Shown piece after piece: positions 18,984 through 27,745 of a stretch of 64,000 bases of DNA. Each line of letters opens with the position of its first letter. Position 1 is the first letter of the stretch. Source of the stretch: Deltaproteobacteria bacterium (lineage in GTDB: Bacteria; Myxococcota_A; Polyangia; GCA-2747355; JADLHG01); NCBI GenBank assembly GCA_020848905.1, contig JADLHG010000020.1, forward strand, positions 8,230 to 72,229. Reading direction: 5' to 3'. Made by a program: the position numbers and the translations under genes. The notes beneath the pieces are model-generated. The model worked only from the letters and a program-made list of their open reading frames with translations. It searched no databases and was not told the origin of the DNA.

Positions 18984-19502
18984 CTACTTCTTCGCGCAGC
19001 GGTAGAGCTCGGTGAACTTGTCGGTGCAGACCTCGACCGTCTCCGGAACCTTATCCATGTCGGGCTTGCCGTCCTTGAACCAGCTACAGGCCTGCGTGGG
19101 ACAGTCGACGACCGCGGACATGGCCTCCGGCGCGTCGTAGCAACCGTTGTTGTTCTTGTCGCGGAGCGTGACGGTGCAGGTCGCGGCCTCGGTGGTCGTC
19201 GGATACGAAAAGCTCTTCGTCACCTTCGGGGTGCCGATGCCGAGCCAGCCGAGCCAGGCGAACGGGTTGAAGCCCTGCGCGCTGCGCTCGCCGAGGACGC
19301 CGCCCTTCGCGACGTACGAGCGGCAGAGCTGGGCCGCCTCATCCGCTTCGACACTCGGGTCCGCGGTACGAACCTGCGAGGCGCAGCTCTCGATGCTGCC
19401 CGGATTCGGGTCTCCGACCTCGCTCCCGCACGCCGCGAGGGCCGGGAGGAGGCACGCGAACGTCGCGAGACGAACCCAACGCAAGGACGGCTTGGACGAC
19501 AT
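18984..19502 (-). CDS. small Cys-containing lipoprotein, tandem paralog 2
   Basis: Lipobox LAACG. Paralog of 18448..18957 (see that entry). Confidence 0.6.
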   Translation of the reverse strand: MSSKPSLRWVRLATFACLLPALAACGSEVGDPNPGSIESCASQVRTADPSVEADEAAQLCRSYVAKGGVLGERSAQGFNPFAWLGWLGIGTPKVTKSFSYPTTTEAATCTVTLRDKNNNGCYDAPEAMSAVVDCPTQACSWFKDGKPDMDKVPETVEVCTDKFTELYRCAKK

Positions 19503-19674
19503 CTTCGACTCCTGGGGCTCGAGGTCTGTCCGCGGCCTGTGCAGAGCATGTGCCAGGTTGTCGCGGTGATGCGGGCGTGCAACTTCGGCGGGTTGGCGGG
19601 AGCGAGGTCGGCGGTGAGCGGCGGGTGGAGTGACCGGTTAGGGGAAGCGAGGCGCCAGGTCGCGAGGCTCGCGG

Positions 19675-20862
19675 CTAGCCGCGCTTGCGACGCCGGCCGA
19701 AGCCGAAGGCCAGGGCAACGAAGGTGAGCAGGACGAGCGGCAGGCGCGCGTCCGAGCCACCGACGGTGCAGCCGGTGTCCGCCTCCTCGCCCGAGAACTT
19801 CGGTCCCGAGACGCGGGCGTCGCTGCCCGGTGCGGGCGAAGGCCCGGCGTCGGTGCGGCCGGCGTCCTTCTTCACGGGCCCGGCCTCGCCCGACGGACCC
19901 GCGTCGCACTTCACGTAGGTCGTCTCGTAGATCGTCTGGCGGAAGTCGGCCTGCGCGGGGTCCTTCTCGAGGCTGATGTCTCCGGTGAGCGCGCTCCCCC
20001 AGAACTGGAGGTCCAGCTTGGTCAGGCGATCCCCCGCGAGCGCCAGCTTCGCCAGCTCCGGGGTGCCGGCGAGCTGCGCGCTCGAGAGGCTGCCGGAGAA
20101 GCGGAGCTGGCCGGCCACGCCCTTCGTGAGCGTGCGCTGCTGCTCCGCCGCGAGCGTGAAGACGCGCCAGCCGAAGGGTTGGCTCGCCGAGCCGCCGAGC
20201 GCGGCGATGCGCGCCGGGATGACGGCGGTCCGGGTCTCGAAGGCGAGCGTGAGCGGCCCGAGGTCGCCGCAGAGCTGCGAGCCCGGGGGCGGCGCCTTGC
20301 TGTCGGCGGTGATCTTGAAGGCCACGAAGTACCAGCCCTGCGTCACGTAGTGGCCGAAGGTCGCGGCCGAGGCCTTGTCGTAGGGGAACTTGTTCGCGTC
20401 CAGCCAGTCGGTGAAGGCGGCCGCGGTGTCGGCCTTGAGCAGGACCCAGTCGAAGATGCCGACCTGGCCCTTGTTCACGACGGTGACCTGCGAGGCCCCG
20501 GCGTCGGGCCCCTTGCCCCCCCAGCCGCCCGGCTCGGGCACGCCGCGGTCACCGAGGCAGGCGGTGCGCTTCTCGATGCGCGGCGCGGAGAGCGCCTCGA
20601 GCTCGGCGAAGAGCTTCACGTCGGCCAGCGAGGGATTCGCGAGGAGCTTGCCCGGCACGGGGAGCACGAGCCCGAACTCGGCCGCCTGGCCGCAGAAGTG
20701 CGGGTTGAAGACGTAGGTCTCGCTGGTGCCGCGGAAGGCGATCAGGATGCGCTGCGAGGGATCGATGTGCAGGCCGTCGCCGAAGCCGCCGCCGCAGGGG
20801 AGCGCGACGCGCGGCACGAGCACCAGCGTGGAGAGCACGAGAGTCGTCAGGGTGCGCAGCAT
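19675..20862 (-). CDS. secreted protein with a MYXO-CTERM-like tail, co-operonic with the FGE-family gene
   Basis: Signal peptide MLRTLTTLVLSTLVLVPRVALPCGGG. The C-terminus reads GCTVGGSDARLPLVLLTFVALAFGFGRRRKRG. SD GGAGAGG precedes the ATG, 2 bp after the upstream gene's stop. Confidence 0.55.
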   Translation of the reverse strand: MLRTLTTLVLSTLVLVPRVALPCGGGFGDGLHIDPSQRILIAFRGTSETYVFNPHFCGQAAEFGLVLPVPGKLLANPSLADVKLFAELEALSAPRIEKRTACLGDRGVPEPGGWGGKGPDAGASQVTVVNKGQVGIFDWVLLKADTAAAFTDWLDANKFPYDKASAATFGHYVTQGWYFVAFKITADSKAPPPGSQLCGDLGPLTLAFETRTAVIPARIAALGGSASQPFGWRVFTLAAEQQRTLTKGVAGQLRFSGSLSSAQLAGTPELAKLALAGDRLTKLDLQFWGSALTGDISLEKDPAQADFRQTIYETTYVKCDAGPSGEAGPVKKDAGRTDAGPSPAPGSDARVSGPKFSGEEADTGCTVGGSDARLPLVLLTFVALAFGFGRRRKRG

Positions 20863-20864
20863 GG

Positions 20865-21899
20865 CTAGCTCCTCTCCGGGTAGGCGCAACGGAAGCCCAC
20901 GTTGTAGGCCCAGCTCGACGGCAGCTCGGCCTTGCGGCACGAGACGCGCAGCGAGTCGGCACCCGCGGCCCAGCAGCCGCCGCGCATCACCTTCAGGCGG
21001 CCCGAGGCCGGTCCCTGCGGGTCCTTCGTGTCGCTCGTGGCGTAGTAGCCCGCCGCGTACCAGTCCGCGGTCCACTCCCAGACGTTGCCCGCCAGGTCGT
21101 GCGCGCCATAGAGGCTCGCGCCGGCCGGGCGGCGTCCTACGCGGTCCGTATCGCCCACGCACGAACCGGGGCCGCCGTGGTTCGCCTTCAGACAGTCGGG
21201 GGCCGAGTCACCCCAGGGGTAGACGCGCTTCGACGGAGCCGGGCCGCGCGCGGCCTTCTCCCATTCGGCTTCCGTCGGAAGCCTTCCGCCGGCGAAGCGG
21301 CAGAAGGCCTGGGCCTGGTGCCAGTCGACGAAGATCACCGGGTAGTCGGCGAAGCGCGGGTCCCCGTAGTACTCGGCGCGGCGGTGCGAGCCGAGGAGCG
21401 CCGGGCGCGTGCACTGCTTCGCGGCGACGCAGGCCTCGTAGCGGCGGTTCGTGACCTCGTGGCGGTCGAGGCGCAGCCCCGAGACCACCACGCGGTGTTC
21501 CGGGCGCTCGTCGGGGGCGCCCACGCCGGCGGGGCTGCCCATCAGGAAGGCGCCGGCGGGGACGGAGACGGAGCGGCGATCGATCGTGGGCGCAGCGCAG
21601 CTCGCGAGGCCCTCGTCCACCAGCGTGTCGCAGTTGTCGTCGCGCCCGTTGCACTGCTCGGGTCGGCCCGGATGCACGGCCGCATCGCGGTCGTTGCAGT
21701 CGGGGCCCTTGGCGCAGCCGGGACCGTAGCCGTCTCCGTCCTGATCCGAGGCGCAGGAAGCCGCGGCGCCCGGCGCAGCCGAAGCAGCGCGCGCGCGAGC
21801 GGCCCCGGGCTTCTCGCCGGCCCGCGGCGTCGGAGCGAAGGCCCAGAGCGCGCCGACGGCGGCGCATAGGCCCAGGCTAAAGGTAATGGACGTGCGCAT
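20865..21899 (-). CDS. formylglycine-generating enzyme family protein (SUMF1/EgtB/PvdO) with an N-terminal myxobacterial Cys-rich repeat
   Basis: Signal peptide MRTSITFSLGLCAAVGALWAFA. Cys-rich repeat DGDGYGPGC...CNDRDAAVHPG..EQCNGRDDNCD. The FGE-sulfatase core includes HEVTNRRYEAC, LPTEAEWEKAARG, GNVWEWTADWY, RVMRGGCWA and NVGFRCA. Confidence 0.7.
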   Translation of the reverse strand: MRTSITFSLGLCAAVGALWAFAPTPRAGEKPGAARARAASAAPGAAASCASDQDGDGYGPGCAKGPDCNDRDAAVHPGRPEQCNGRDDNCDTLVDEGLASCAAPTIDRRSVSVPAGAFLMGSPAGVGAPDERPEHRVVVSGLRLDRHEVTNRRYEACVAAKQCTRPALLGSHRRAEYYGDPRFADYPVIFVDWHQAQAFCRFAGGRLPTEAEWEKAARGPAPSKRVYPWGDSAPDCLKANHGGPGSCVGDTDRVGRRPAGASLYGAHDLAGNVWEWTADWYAAGYYATSDTKDPQGPASGRLKVMRGGCWAAGADSLRVSCRKAELPSSWAYNVGFRCAYPERS

Positions 21900-22149
21900 G
21901 AGGTCCCTCCTCGTGAGTGTGCCGAGTCGCGCCAGCTTCCTGTGCGGCGCGGATCCCTCGGTTAGCAGGCCGCGTGCCAGACGCCGCACGCCTTCTACCT
22001 ACAATGATCGCAATGGCTTGAATCAGCGTTGGCGCAGCGGGCTGTGCGCCAGCCTGTGCCAAGGTCCCGGGCACAGGGCACGAAATTTCGTGCCGGGCCC
22101 TTCGTGCTGGGCCCTTCGTGCCGCGGGGCCTGGCCGTGCCGCGCCCTGC

Positions 22150-24375
22150 CTACCGGCACTCGTAGCGGTAGTAGGTCTGACCCTCGGGGCTCGTGAGGTC
22201 GATGGGGCAGCAGCGCTGGCTCGGGTCGCAGACGCGGAATTTCATCGAGGGTCCGTAGTAGTGCAGGTCGCAGATGCTCGCCTCGCTCGGGTGGCGGCAG
22301 GCTCCTTCGTAGCAGTACTCGCCGCGGCGGCAGAGTCGGCCGCAGGCCCCGCAGTGGATGGGGCCCTGCGTCGGGCCGCCCGTGCCGACCTTGAGATCCA
22401 CGCAGGCCTTGACGCAGGCGTTCCCGTGCCAGCTCGGGAAGGGGCAGAGCGTCTCGTTCGACTTGCACGGTGTGTACGGCTCGAGGTTCGCCTTGCAGGT
22501 GGCCTCCCGGCCCGGCGCACAGCACGAGCCCCCGATGCAGCTCCAGGTACCCGTGGGCGAGAGCGCCGTGCAGTCCGAGGCGCCCGACGGCGGCGGAATC
22601 CACCAGGCCGGCGGATGCGCTTCCGCCCAGTAGCGCGCGCACGCTTTCGCGTCCGAACAGAAGCTCGCGTCCCCCGTGTAGAACGGCTTGCAGGTGCCGT
22701 CGCTGTCGCAGTACTCGCCGAGCGTGCAGGCGTGGCCGCAGCTCCCGCAGTAGATGGTCTGCGCCTGGTCGTCCGGGTTGGTGTTCGGCTTCTTCGGCTT
22801 CAGCTCGAGGCAGCGCCCAGAGCAGCAGGTGAAGCCCTCCGTGCACGAGGGCGAGCAGGCGACGGTCGGGCACTCCTTCGGTGCGCTGCAGGTGTCGCAG
22901 CGCGCGCTGCAGCTCGCGCCGGCCGCGCAGCCGTTCGGGCTCGCGGTGGGGTCGCAGCGTTCACCGGGGCTCGCCTTGCCATCCCCGCAGCAGACGCACT
23001 CGCCTGGCCGCTGGCTTTGCGTGGGGCGATCCGAGACCCGCCGTCCGAAGGTCAGGTCCGCGGCGGCCGCGCTCGTCCCGTCACGTTCCACGAACGGGCT
23101 TTCCTTCGTGCCGGCCGCCCACGCCGCGGCGAGTGCCGCTCCGAGGTCCGGCTTCGCGCCCGTGACGGAGAAGTTCTTGAGCAGGTAGTGCGTGGCGGGG
23201 CAGGCGGGGAGCGCCAGGCTGGCCTCGCTGGCCTCGTCGCTCGACGCGGAGGTGAAGACGCGCTCCACCCCGGGCACCGCGGCGAGGGCGATCTGAAAGC
23301 CGCCGCTGAAGCAGGCCTCGAGGACGACGGTGATGTGGCAGGCCTTGAGCTGCTTGAGCGCGTCCGCGAGCTCGGCCTCGGAGATGAAGCGCTTGCCGAG
23401 CCGGACGTCCCAGCTCAGCGCTTCGCCCGGTCGCGCTGCGGCGACGAGCTGCCCATTGTCGTAGACCTGACCGTCCTCGCCGTAGAAGAGAAAATCATCG
23501 ACGCCGGCGGCGTTCTTGCGCGTCACCCGTCGCGCGCCGTGGGCGTTCACGAAGACCACCACCTCGTCGCAGCACTCGACCTGCGAGGCGAGGCCCGCGA
23601 GCGCCTGCAGGAAGGTGTCTCCCGCGCCGGGGTCCTTCGCGCCCCAGGCTCCGAGGAGCACGTCGAAGCCGAGCGCGCTCAGGGTGACCCACATCGCGTG
23701 CCCCGTGGCGAGGAGCAGGTCCTCGCCCGTGCCGTTGCCGGTGCCGATCACGCCGTAGCGGCGCGGCGCGCGGCCCGAGGCGCAGGTGACGTGCCGCTGC
23801 GAGGTGCGTAGCAGCACGTCCTTGGGCGGCTCGACGGTCGGCGGCGGGACGACTCGCCCACGGTAGGTGCTGTAGACCGTGAGGGCCTCGCTCGCGAGCT
23901 CGCCGAGGCGGGTCGGAAAGGCCGCGCGCCCGTCGAGGAGCGGCCAGTTCGAGGCGTGCCGGACGCTGACCGCCCCCGAGCTCTCGGAGACCAGCACGTG
24001 CCGCAGCGGGTGCTCGAGCAGCCGATGCGGCGCGTCGTCGATGACGAAGAGAAAGGAGGCCTCGCCGAGCGTCAGGCTATCCCGCCGCCCGTCCACGCCC
24101 AGGCGCGCGCCGGCCGCCGCCACCTGCGGCAGGGCGTAGACGATCACGTCGTGGTCGAGCGTCTTCCAGCCCAGCACCTCGTCGAGCACGCGCCGCTGCA
24201 CGGCGCTGAGCCCGGCCCGCGGTTCGGGCGCGGAACCGGAGGGTGGAGGGCTCTCGCTCGGGCTCTTGCAGGCGCCGCTGACGCCGACGGCCACGGCGCA
24301 GACCAGCAGGCCGAGCCAGGCGGCGGCGCGGCGGCGGGCAGGTTCGAAGCCCTCTTCTCGTTCGCGGCTCGGCAT
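22150..24375 (-). CDS. lipoprotein with a legumain-like (peptidase C13, clan CD) domain and a C-terminal Cys-rich region of about 280 aa
   Basis: Lipobox VGVSGAC. A His-Gly dyad (VVFVNAHGARR) and catalytic Cys motif (HITVVLEACFSGGF) are spaced as in C13 legumain/GPI8 (compare DHG ... EACESG). The C-terminal domain is packed with CxxC/CxC repeats (CGSCGHACTLGEYCDSDGTCKP, CGACGRLCRRGEYCYEGAC). Confidence 0.5.
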   Translation of the reverse strand: MPSREREEGFEPARRRAAAWLGLLVCAVAVGVSGACKSPSESPPPSGSAPEPRAGLSAVQRRVLDEVLGWKTLDHDVIVYALPQVAAAGARLGVDGRRDSLTLGEASFLFVIDDAPHRLLEHPLRHVLVSESSGAVSVRHASNWPLLDGRAAFPTRLGELASEALTVYSTYRGRVVPPPTVEPPKDVLLRTSQRHVTCASGRAPRRYGVIGTGNGTGEDLLLATGHAMWVTLSALGFDVLLGAWGAKDPGAGDTFLQALAGLASQVECCDEVVVFVNAHGARRVTRKNAAGVDDFLFYGEDGQVYDNGQLVAAARPGEALSWDVRLGKRFISEAELADALKQLKACHITVVLEACFSGGFQIALAAVPGVERVFTSASSDEASEASLALPACPATHYLLKNFSVTGAKPDLGAALAAAWAAGTKESPFVERDGTSAAAADLTFGRRVSDRPTQSQRPGECVCCGDGKASPGERCDPTASPNGCAAGASCSARCDTCSAPKECPTVACSPSCTEGFTCCSGRCLELKPKKPNTNPDDQAQTIYCGSCGHACTLGEYCDSDGTCKPFYTGDASFCSDAKACARYWAEAHPPAWWIPPPSGASDCTALSPTGTWSCIGGSCCAPGREATCKANLEPYTPCKSNETLCPFPSWHGNACVKACVDLKVGTGGPTQGPIHCGACGRLCRRGEYCYEGACRHPSEASICDLHYYGPSMKFRVCDPSQRCCPIDLTSPEGQTYYRYECR

Positions 24376-24464
24376 GGCGGCTCTCCCCGTGCACGGGCGA
24401 GTCTACCGAAGGGCGCGGAGGCGCGCGCGGGGTGCGAATCGGCGGTCGGGAGGCGGGCTCGAGG

Positions 24465-24908
24465 TTAACCCTTCATCATCTCCGCCAGGCGGCGGACGAT
24501 CTCCTCGCGCGAGACGAGCTCCACCACGGCGCAGATCGTCCAGCGGTTGCCGCCGCTGTCCTTCACCGTGGCCGAGCGATAGCCCCAGGCCTGATTCTTC
24601 GGCGGCTCCACGGAGGTCGCCCCCGCTTCGAGCGCGCGCCCGTAGGAAGCATCCACGGCCTTGGCGTCCGCCACGTAGTAGGAGAACGCGGCGGGCATCG
24701 CTTCCATCCCCATCATGGGCTCGCCGCACATCACGACGCTGTCGCCGAGGAGGAGCTCGGCGTGCATCAGCGCGCCGTTCGGGCCGTCGTAGCGATCCAC
24801 CACCTTCGCGCCGAAGGCCTGCTCGAGAAAGCGCACCACCTTGCCCGCTCCCTGGACGACGAAGGCCGGCGTGATGGTGTGATGACCGTAGGGACGAAGA
24901 TGGGACAT
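24465..24908 (-). CDS. VOC/glyoxalase-family (PhnB-like) protein
   Basis: 147-aa ORF with a typical small VOC-fold composition ([16 protein letters not shown]..., [13 protein letters not shown]). No signal peptide. Confidence 0.55.
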   Translation of the reverse strand: MSHLRPYGHHTITPAFVVQGAGKVVRFLEQAFGAKVVDRYDGPNGALMHAELLLGDSVVMCGEPMMGMEAMPAAFSYYVADAKAVDASYGRALEAGATSVEPPKNQAWGYRSATVKDSGGNRWTICAVVELVSREEIVRRLAEMMKG

Positions 24909-24989
24909 GGGGTCCTCCTCTGGGGTGAAGGGTTTGCCGTGAAAAGCTGTCGGGGCGGGCCGCGGCCCGTGACGGACAGAGTACGCCCG

Positions 24990-26915
24990 CTAGAAGGTAC
25001 CGGTTACCCCCACCATCCCGCCCCCCGGTGCGGGGCCGAAGGCCAGGTTCAGGTTGAGGTCCGGGTCCTCGCGGTAGAGACGCAGCATGCGTTCCATGGG
25101 GGTCTCCATGTAGCGCAGCGAGACGCCGAGGCCGAAGAGGAGCGCGCTCATGGCTCCGCCCATGACGTAGATCGCGGCGGGGAGGTTGGTGCTCGACAAG
25201 CGGGCGTCCACGATGCCGATCGCCACGGTGGCACCGAGGAGCAGGCCCCCCTCGACGAAGGCCAGCGCGGAGACGAGGCGCCGGCGGCGGGCCTCGCGTT
25301 CGGCGAGCTCGAGGAGGTGCGCTTCGGTGCGGGCCACGACGGACTCGAAGCTCGCCCCGGGGCGTCGGAGCTCGTCTTCGAAGGCGGCGTAGGCCTTCTC
25401 CCCCTCCGAGCGCGCGAAGAGCCGCAGGAGGCCGGTGGCCGCGAGGGCGCCGCCCCCGCCGAGGAGCACGATCGCGGAGATCTTGGTCGTCTGGTCGAGC
25501 TCGCCGCTCTTCATGCCGAGGATCACGCCCCCCGAGGCGGCCACGACCAGGCCCCCGAGGGCGCTCGTGCCGGCGAGGGTCAGCCGGTCGGCGCGGTCGG
25601 CGCGGGCGAGCGCCGCCAGGTAGTGCCGCATGCGCACCTCGTCGCGCCAGGAGATGCCGAAGACCTCTTCGGCCGCCGGGTGCCGTCGTTCGCGCGCGTA
25701 GGCTTCGGGGCCGAAGGGCTCGGCGAAGAACTCCTCGTAGAGCGCGTCGTCCCCGCGGGCGAGGAGTGGCGTCGGGCGCGGGGTGAGCATCACCGAGGCG
25801 GTCGAGGTGGGCAGGCGGATCTCGCGCAGCGTGGGGCGCCCCCCTTTGCCGCGGGCCGCGACGAGCTCTTGCACGATGGCGCCCTCGGTCACGGGCATGG
25901 GCAAGACCAGCGTCAGCTCGCGCCCCCGCTCCTTGTGGACGTCGAGGAGGCGCGTCCCCTGGAGGTCCCGCACCCAGACCCGCTGCGCCGGCGGGCCGAG
26001 CACGAGCTTGCGCCCCACCGCGCGGTCCACGGCGAACAGCGAGGCGCCTCCGTTCTGGTAGGGCCCGCGTGCGAAGACCTTGGGGCGGAAGTGCTCGTTC
26101 TTGATGCGGCGATTCGCTATCGCCACGAAGGCCGCGAGCTCGTCGTACGAGACGCGCCCGTCGCCGTTCGCGTCCGCGGCGCCGGAGAGGCCCGAGCGCA
26201 CCTCGTGGCTGAAGATCCCCGACTGCAGCTCCGACCATTCGTAGACCTCGCCGGCCGCGCTCGTGGAGAGGAAGACCCCGACCTGCGGAAAGCGCTCCAC
26301 GAAGCCGAGCTTCAGGTCCTTCGGGGTGGCCCAGCGGCGGCCGCCGGCCTTGCGCGGGCTGATCACGAAGAAGGAGTTGCAGCTGTCGAGGATCAGGTGC
26401 GCGCGGTGGGCGGGGACCTTTCCCAGCACCTCCCGCTCCAGCTCCTCGGGCCCGAGCCGGCCGTCCTCGAGCTCGAGGTAGCCCTTGCCGCGGTCCACTT
26501 GCCCGTGGCCGGCGAAGACGAAGTAGAAGACCGTGTGCAGTCCCTTTGCACGGGCCGCGCGCACCGCGTCGGCGAGCTCGCGCACGGCCTGACGCAGCTC
26601 GGCGCGCCGAGGGGCCCGCGCGGTGGCCCCGAGCCCCGGATAGAGCGCGGCCGTGGGACGATCGAAGCGCGTGAGCAGGCGCAGGTGCCCGGGTTCGGTG
26701 ATGGTGCGGAAGACCTGCACGTAGCGCGCCCCGTCGTCGTCGGCGTACTGCAGGTTCGGTCGGTGCGGCAGGAGGCTCCGGTTGTTCGTCACCACGAGCG
26801 TGAAGCCGACCTCGGAGGCGGCTTCGACGGGCGACACACTGGCGAGGAGCAGGGCGGCCAGACCCGCCAGCACACCGAACGGTCTGGAACCCGTCGCGAG
26901 CCGACGCCTCCTCAT
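24990..26915 (-). CDS. signal-peptide protein with a caspase-like (clan CD, C14-like) domain, an EF-hand-like Ca-binding loop and four C-terminal TM helices
   Basis: The ATG at 26913..26915 overlaps the anti-sigma gene stop (ATGA). Signal peptide MRRRRLATGSRPFGVLAGLAALLLASVSPVEAA. His-Gly dyad FVFAGHGQ and Cys motif HLILDSCNSFFV match the caspase/metacaspase pattern (HG ... D-x-C). DANGDGRVSYDEL is an EF-hand-like loop. Four hydrophobic helices lie in the last roughly 200 aa. The 810-aa track ORF over-extends upstream. Confidence 0.45.
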   Translation of the reverse strand: MRRRRLATGSRPFGVLAGLAALLLASVSPVEAASEVGFTLVVTNNRSLLPHRPNLQYADDDGARYVQVFRTITEPGHLRLLTRFDRPTAALYPGLGATARAPRRAELRQAVRELADAVRAARAKGLHTVFYFVFAGHGQVDRGKGYLELEDGRLGPEELEREVLGKVPAHRAHLILDSCNSFFVISPRKAGGRRWATPKDLKLGFVERFPQVGVFLSTSAAGEVYEWSELQSGIFSHEVRSGLSGAADANGDGRVSYDELAAFVAIANRRIKNEHFRPKVFARGPYQNGGASLFAVDRAVGRKLVLGPPAQRVWVRDLQGTRLLDVHKERGRELTLVLPMPVTEGAIVQELVAARGKGGRPTLREIRLPTSTASVMLTPRPTPLLARGDDALYEEFFAEPFGPEAYARERRHPAAEEVFGISWRDEVRMRHYLAALARADRADRLTLAGTSALGGLVVAASGGVILGMKSGELDQTTKISAIVLLGGGGALAATGLLRLFARSEGEKAYAAFEDELRRPGASFESVVARTEAHLLELAEREARRRRLVSALAFVEGGLLLGATVAIGIVDARLSSTNLPAAIYVMGGAMSALLFGLGVSLRYMETPMERMLRLYREDPDLNLNLAFGPAPGGGMVGVTGTF

Positions 26916-27745
26916 CGCGCACCTCGCAGCGTCAGGGACCACTCCTGCACGTGCGCCTCGGGAAAGAGCCGCGCGAGCGAGGGGGCCTTCCCGGCGTCGC
27001 GCAGGAGCGCCTCCACCTGCTTCACCGAGCGGCGCTGCCGCGAGACGACCGAGACGGCGCGCAGGAGGCCGGGCTTCGCGTCGGGGGCGAAGACCTCGTG
27101 GAGCATCACGCGGCGCCCCCGCGGCAGGTCGAGCGCGAGCGGAGCCTTCGCCGGGTCGTCCCAGCGGGGGGCCGCCCAGTGCACCTCTCCCCCGGCCTCG
27201 ACGACGAAGACCAGCAGATAGAGCGGCGTGGGGGTGAGCCGGCTCACCTCGACCGCGAGACCCTCGTCGGCCGCGAGCAGATCGTGCGCGTTCAGGCGCC
27301 GGGGAGCGCCGTGCCGCTTTGCCGCGTAGAGCTCGACCCCCGTCAGCTCCTTCAGGCTCTCGGCCGTCGGACCGCCGCCGCGGGCCTGAAAGGTCTCCGC
27401 GCGACCGCCGGTGTGGCGCCACAGATAGACGCAGAGCGGAACGGTCACCGCGAGCACCGTGGCCGCGAGCGCGTAGGGGAGCCAGGAGGCGCGCGACGTC
27501 GCGGTGGGCGAGGGGTCGAGCCGGGCCATCGTGCGCGCCACGAAGGCCGCGGTGTCGGGCGAGGCGTCAGACGACACGCCTGGGGCCGGCGAGGCGATGG
27601 CCGCGAGCGTGACCTCGAGCCGAGAGGCGCGCGACCGGCACTCGCCGCATTCACCGAGGTGCGCCTCGAGGGCGCGAGCGCGCGCCACGGCCACCTGCTC
27701 CTCGCGCAGCGCAAGCAACTCGTCGTCGCTGGGGCAGCTCGTCAT
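26912..27745 (-). CDS. anti-sigma factor (zinc-finger HxxxCxxC type) with one TM helix
   Basis: HLGECGECR motif near the N-terminus, a single TM helix (LPYALAATVLAVTVPLCVYLW), then a periplasmic domain. Its start overlaps the sigma gene stop by 4 bp and its stop overlaps the next gene's start by 4 bp. Confidence 0.6.
   Translation of the reverse strand: MTSCPSDDELLALREEQVAVARARALEAHLGECGECRSRASRLEVTLAAIASPAPGVSSDASPDTAAFVARTMARLDPSPTATSRASWLPYALAATVLAVTVPLCVYLWRHTGGRAETFQARGGGPTAESLKELTGVELYAAKRHGAPRRLNAHDLLAADEGLAVEVSRLTPTPLYLLVFVVEAGGEVHWAAPRWDDPAKAPLALDLPRGRRVMLHEVFAPDAKPGLLRAVSVVSRQRRSVKQVEALLRDAGKAPSLARLFPEAHVQEWSLTLRGAR

Noticed and set aside
22086-22125. Direct repeat GGGCCCTTCGTGC x2 in the intergenic region between the FGE gene and the C13 gene
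   Set aside because: Only two short copies. It is likely incidental or a minor promoter element, and is not reported as a feature.
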